NCBI GenBank assembly: GCA_001816835.1
Contig: MHDB01000020.1
Location: forward strand, 23,523-64,607
Origin: Candidatus Woykebacteria bacterium RIFCSPLOWO2_01_FULL_43_14
GTDB lineage: Bacteria; Patescibacteriota; Microgenomatia; Woykebacterales; 2-01-FULL-43-14
DNA: 41,085 nt
Reading direction: 5' to 3'
Shown here in pieces: positions 37,412 to 41,085 of the stretch; position 1 is the first letter of the stretch, and every line of letters starts with the position of its first letter. Below the pieces are notes generated by a model. The model made no database searches, was not told where the DNA came from, and saw only the letters and a program-made list of their open reading frames with translations. Both the position numbers and the translations under genes were made by a program.

Positions 37412-37960
37412 CTAGAAAGGGATATCATCGATATCAATCTTATCCTCTGGTTCATCTTTTTTCGGTTCTTTGGGAGTCTCTGCTGGGCTTGCTTCACTAA
37501 CTGCTGAAGCTGCACCTGTAACTTCGGCTGCAGCGGGTTCTTTATTGCCCACTGCTTCTGTTGTAGTTGGGGACACCGCAGCGGGTGCAACTGGTGCGCT
37601 CTCTGAGGCACCCTCAGTACGCCTAGGGTCGAGAATCATCATATCCTCAGCCACGATTTCGGTAGCTTGTCTTTTATCACCTTCAGGAGTTTCCCAGCTT
37701 CTGGTTTGAAGTCTTCCTTCGATATAAATTTTTCGTCCCTTAGTCAACAACTGTGAACATAGTTCAGCCAGTTTATTCCAAGCGACAATCCGATGGAACT
37801 CAGCTTCCTCTTTTCTTTCTGTAGAATCCGACGGAAGCCAGCTTCGGTTGGTCGCTAAACCAAAAGAACACACTGCACTGCCCTGAGGAGTATACCTAAG
37901 TTCTGGATCCCGAGTCAAATTACCAATTAACATTACCTTATTCAAAGACCGCGTCGACAT
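37412..37960 (-). CDS. ssb: single-stranded DNA-binding protein
   Basis: NKV.LIGNLTRDPELRYT, EGRLQTRSW, DDIPF tail. Confidence 0.98.
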   Translation of the reverse strand: MSTRSLNKVMLIGNLTRDPELRYTPQGSAVCSFGLATNRSWLPSDSTERKEEAEFHRIVAWNKLAELCSQLLTKGRKIYIEGRLQTRSWETPEGDKRQATEIVAEDMMILDPRRTEGASESAPVAPAAVSPTTTEAVGNKEPAAAEVTGAASAVSEASPAETPKEPKKDEPEDKIDIDDIPF

Positions 37961-37968
37961 ATACCCTC

Positions 37969-38256
37969 CTAGGCTGCAGATCTCACAATCAAGTATCTAA
38001 GTAGTTTCTTTTCAACCCTTAACTTAGTAGTCAATTTTTTGACAAAATCTGCTTCGCTAGATTTAAGTTTCAGGTGCAAATACTGGCCAGCCACGTTTTT
38101 CTTGATAGCGTAAGCCAATTGCTTACGGCCCCAGTCAACATTGTTTTCAACAGTGCCGCTAGTACCAATGTAACCTTTTAAATCTTCATTTAGTTCTTCC
38201 CTGGCTTTATCATCAAGCTTAGGGTCGACCAATACAGTCAGTTCGTAGTTATTCAT
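37969..38256 (-). CDS. rpsF: 30S ribosomal protein bS6
   Basis: YEL, WG.K.LAY.IKK, LRYL; rpsF-ssb-rpsR operon. Confidence 0.96.
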   Translation of the reverse strand: MNNYELTVLVDPKLDDKAREELNEDLKGYIGTSGTVENNVDWGRKQLAYAIKKNVAGQYLHLKLKSSEADFVKKLTTKLRVEKKLLRYLIVRSAA

Positions 38257-38261
38257 AAGTT

Positions 38262-38373
38262 GCTCATTAATCTAATGAACGGATTATATTCGTAAAGAAT
38301 AACGAGTACAACGAGTATATTCGCTATTAGCTTGCGAATACAGGCCGTTCTTCAATCTAATGAACGGATTATA
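38262..38373 (-). promoter_or_regulatory. repeated promoter modules upstream of rpsF
   Basis: 20-bp direct repeat AATCTAATGAACGGATTATA (38269, 38354) containing TATAAT on the minus strand, plus a TATTCGC-N9-GCGAATA palindrome. Confidence 0.65.
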
Positions 38374-38439
38374 CAAGATTCGGCTTAATCAAGCAAGACT
38401 CACGAAAAACAACCATTTAATTTGACTCATCAGTAAAAA

Positions 38440-39588
38440 CTAGGTGTTTACTCGGAACTCAACTACGTCCCCATCTTTCATGATGTAGTCCTTACCTTCG
38501 AGACGAAGTTTTCCCGACTCCTTTGCTTTGGCATAGCTCGCCGCAGAAATAAGATCTGTAAAAGTCACCACTTCCGCTCGGATAAACCCTTTTTCAAAAT
38601 CCGTGTGAATGACTCCTGCTGCTTGCGGAGCCTTAGTCCCTTGGGGAATAGTCCAGGCGCGGACTTCTTTGGGTCCCGCGGTGAGAAATGAGAGCAGACC
38701 GAGAACCGCGTATGCTTTTTGAATCAGCCGCTCAAGTCCGGTTTTTTCTATTCCCATCTCTTGCAAATATTGCTTTCGCTCTTCATCTGTTAGATCAGCC
38801 AACTCTTCTTCAAGCTTGGCACTGATTACGATTGAATTTCGAATTTCGAATTTCGATTTTTGGGAATTATCTTTTCCCACATTCAATATTCCAGATTCTA
38901 TATTCAACCTCTCGGCATAATCACCCTCAGAAACATTATAAACATACAAAACCGGCTTCAGTGAAAGTAAAGGCAGCTTGGCATACCAAGTTGCTAACCT
39001 TTCATCTGAGAATTTCGTAATATTTGAGCTTACACCTTTCAGGTGCGAGTTAAGATTTTCTTTAAGTTGAATCAAGACTTGAAGCTTTTGTTTTTCAACC
39101 AGGTCTTTAGCAAATTTAGCATCCTTCTCTTGGGCAGAGATCAATTTTTCCAGGGTTTGTAGATCTGAGAGCGCCAGTTCGGTTTCGACAATCCCTTTGT
39201 CAGAACTTGGGTCAATACTCCCTGCCCGGACTACGTCAGAGTCGCTAAAATCCCGCAAAACATGGATAATCGCATCGACTTCGCGGATGTGGGACAAAAA
39301 CTGGTTCCCGAGTCCTTCGCCTTGGCTTGCCCCTTTGACTAGTCCTGCAATATCCACAAATTCCACTACCGCCGGAACTAAAGGTGGTAACAAAGCCATT
39401 TTCTCTTCCTGTTTCACTAACTCCGCAAGTTTTCCGAGGCGTTCATCTGGCACTTCCACTACACCGGTATTAGGCTCAATTGTCGCAAATGGATAATTCG
39501 CGCTCAGAGCGACGCGTTTTTTTAGCAGAGCGTTAAATAAAGTCGACTTCCCGACATTGGGAAGTCCCACAATTCCTACTTGTAACAT
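38440..39588 (-). CDS. ychF: redox-regulated ATPase YchF
   Basis: GIVGLPNVGKST, NYPFATIEPN, DIAGLV.GAS.GEGLGNQFL, IHTDFEKGFIRAEV. Confidence 0.98.
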   Translation of the reverse strand: MLQVGIVGLPNVGKSTLFNALLKKRVALSANYPFATIEPNTGVVEVPDERLGKLAELVKQEEKMALLPPLVPAVVEFVDIAGLVKGASQGEGLGNQFLSHIREVDAIIHVLRDFSDSDVVRAGSIDPSSDKGIVETELALSDLQTLEKLISAQEKDAKFAKDLVEKQKLQVLIQLKENLNSHLKGVSSNITKFSDERLATWYAKLPLLSLKPVLYVYNVSEGDYAERLNIESGILNVGKDNSQKSKFEIRNSIVISAKLEEELADLTDEERKQYLQEMGIEKTGLERLIQKAYAVLGLLSFLTAGPKEVRAWTIPQGTKAPQAAGVIHTDFEKGFIRAEVVTFTDLISAASYAKAKESGKLRLEGKDYIMKDGDVVEFRVNT

Positions 39589-39592
39589 AGTT

Positions 39593-39655
39593 CGGATTAT
39601 ATTCGCTATTATCCTGCGAATACAAGACGCTCATTAATCCGTCAAGCGGATTATA
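39593..39655 (-). promoter_or_regulatory. same repeated promoter modules upstream of ychF
   Basis: TTGTAT-18-TATAAT-7-ATG; modules match those at 38262-38342. Confidence 0.65.
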
Positions 39656-39676
39656 TCACTTTGCGAACAGTTAGCC

Positions 39677-39705
39677 TTGAATTTTACTTCTACTTATGGT
39701 AAAAT
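39677..39705 (+). promoter_or_regulatory. promoter convergent on the NYN gene
   Basis: TTGAAT-17bp-TAAAAT with extended -10 TGg. Confidence 0.6.
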
Positions 39706-39711
39706 ACTCAT

Positions 39712-39776
39712 ATCACGATGACCAAGCTAAGCAGCCTAAGGTTTCGACCGATCGCTGATCTTGGTCTTATTTTTTT
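39712..39776 (+). ncRNA. candidate ~65-nt cis-antisense sRNA overlapping the NYN 3' end
   Basis: Starts 6 nt after the -10 box; GACCAAG/CTTGGTC closing stem followed by TTATTTTTTT. Confidence 0.55.
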
Positions 39777-40245
39777 CTAAAGAATTTCTTAACAAATCAA
39801 CTCTGACAATATAACTATTGTATTTATGCAACAAGCCTGAGTAATGCTTATTAGGAGCAAGTACACGAAGTAACTTGTTCTTTTCCTCTAGGAGCTCAAC
39901 TAGACAATAAAAATCTCCGTCTCCAGAGACAATTACTACTTTTTGGTAATTTTTGTATTGGATCATGGCATGAAGCACTAATTCAGCATCAACATTCCCT
40001 TTGATGATAGTTTTAGTCTTTTCGCGATGATACAGCGTTGGTTTGAAGATAAGAATATAACCACTCTCTTGCAAAAAAGCGTATAAAGATTCGTTCCCTG
40101 CCACTTGACCAATAAACAGATATGCTTTGACCACGCCGTATTTGTTTCGCAGATATTGCCTAAATTTACGCCAGTCAAGTTTCCAACCTAACGACTGTAT
40201 CCCTAAGTTTAAATTTTGGCTGTCAATAAAAGCATATGTCTTCAC
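39736..40245 (-). CDS. NYN domain (PIN-like, LabA/DUF88) putative ribonuclease
   Basis: AFIDSQNL, KGNVDAEL and SGDGDF acidic active-site motifs are intact. Confidence 0.92.
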   Translation of the reverse strand: MKTYAFIDSQNLNLGIQSLGWKLDWRKFRQYLRNKYGVVKAYLFIGQVAGNESLYAFLQESGYILIFKPTLYHREKTKTIIKGNVDAELVLHAMIQYKNYQKVVIVSGDGDFYCLVELLEEKNKLLRVLAPNKHYSGLLHKYNSYIVRVDLLRNSLEKNKTKISDRSKP

Positions 40246-40319
40246 TAGACAAATTATTGCATATAAAAATGGTTTGAATTATATACCTTGCTGGAGTGGA
40301 ATTCGACTACGGTAGCTTT

Positions 40320-40970
40320 TTAAAACTCTCGTAACTTATCTCTGCCTTTGTAAAAGCCGCTGCAGATCTCTGGGAACTGACCATTATACGTACTACCGAC
40401 TTTATCCCAGATAGCATTAATTCTCGAGTGCGAGTCCTCATCAAAATAAGTCAGAGGACAAAGGCGGTCTGTCACAAAACTATCATAATCAAATTCCCAA
40501 TGGGTGCTGTACTGTAACCTATCTTGCTGTCTATACTCTCCACCCCTTCCAATAACTTCTCCTTTTTTAATCATCACTCCTACTTTTATATTATCTGCAG
40601 GTTTAATCTCGTCATACCGAATGGCATAAATCCCATTTACTACCTCCACATCATATATTTTTTCTGTTTCCCCAAAGCCCCCTGGAGGATGTTCTTCTAT
40701 TTTAGTGACTTTTCCGGAAGCAACAGCAATAAGCGGGGCAGGATGATTCCAGGCAAAATCCAACCCTGGGTGTCCCCTTGGTGGTTTATGGTGATCTGTT
40801 TCTCCCATAGGATTAATAAACAAAAGATCATCATTTTCCTGGGCAAAGGGCAAAGAAATAGTAATTCTTTCATGAGGTACAAATGGGAGGAATCTAATAA
40901 AAAACTTCCAGGCAAAAAATAACACCAAAGCTAGTAGTATTAGCCCAACAATTTTAACAAGCCGCTTCAT
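40320..40970 (-). CDS. membrane-anchored M23-like metallopeptidase
   Basis: N-terminal TM, H.G.D (HPGLD), A.A.G.V, V..G..I..G..IG, HWE. Confidence 0.7.
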   Translation of the reverse strand: MKRLVKIVGLILLALVLFFAWKFFIRFLPFVPHERITISLPFAQENDDLLFINPMGETDHHKPPRGHPGLDFAWNHPAPLIAVASGKVTKIEEHPPGGFGETEKIYDVEVVNGIYAIRYDEIKPADNIKVGVMIKKGEVIGRGGEYRQQDRLQYSTHWEFDYDSFVTDRLCPLTYFDEDSHSRINAIWDKVGSTYNGQFPEICSGFYKGRDKLREF

Positions 40971-41010
40971 TGTGTTTACTGTACCACTTTAAGGCGCTAT
41001 ACTAAACACA

Positions 41011-41085
41011 ATGCCTAAGATAATCATTGTCATTATTTTAATAGCTGTCGGTATCTTTATTTTTGGCATAGTCTTAAAAGGTGGC
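41011..41085 (+). CDS. 5' end of a membrane-anchored or secreted protein (truncated by the window)
   Basis: MPKIIIVIILIAVGIFIFGIVLKGG; TATACT 7 nt upstream. Confidence 0.6.
   Translation, partial: MPKIIIVIILIAVGIFIFGIVLKGG

Noticed and set aside
39712..39776. Hammerhead ribozyme suggested by CGAAAC on the minus strand
   Set aside because: No CUGANGA core in a compatible position.

Overview
About 41 kb of bacterial chromosome. The gene content, compact layout and repeat types suggest a Patescibacteria/CPR organism (Microgenomates-like; this is inference). Most genes lie on the minus strand and point towards the left end, where a tyrosine recombinase gene sits about 575 bp from a dif-like site (1096-1123) at a local G/C skew switch, so this is probably the replication terminus. 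Housekeeping genes include ruvC, yebC, tgt, rluD, lspA, lgt, pepA, an M24 peptidase, efp, tRNA-Leu(CAA), dnaB, hisS, rpmE-prfA-prmC, htrA, ctpA, rpsF-ssb-rpsR and ychF. Accessory loci include a divergent purE-purC pair, an NYN nuclease and several orphan ORFs. The most interesting signals are non-coding. (1) A roughly 420-nt highly structured RNA (22599-23018, minus) has its own promoter and terminator. (2) A roughly 80-nt sRNA (11438-11517, plus) shares with it an identical 14-nt hairpin core GGCCAAAAUUAGUC inside different closing stems. Both RNAs carry CU-rich anti-Shine-Dalgarno-like tracts, and the large RNA's tract is complementary to the RBS of two accessory genes in the window. (3) A promoter- and terminator-defined antisense sRNA overlaps the 3' end of the NYN gene. 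(4) Leaderless promoters are widespread. (5) There are several REP-like and heptamer repeat families, some nested and some inserted in frame. All RNA calls come from manual reading and need computational and experimental checks.
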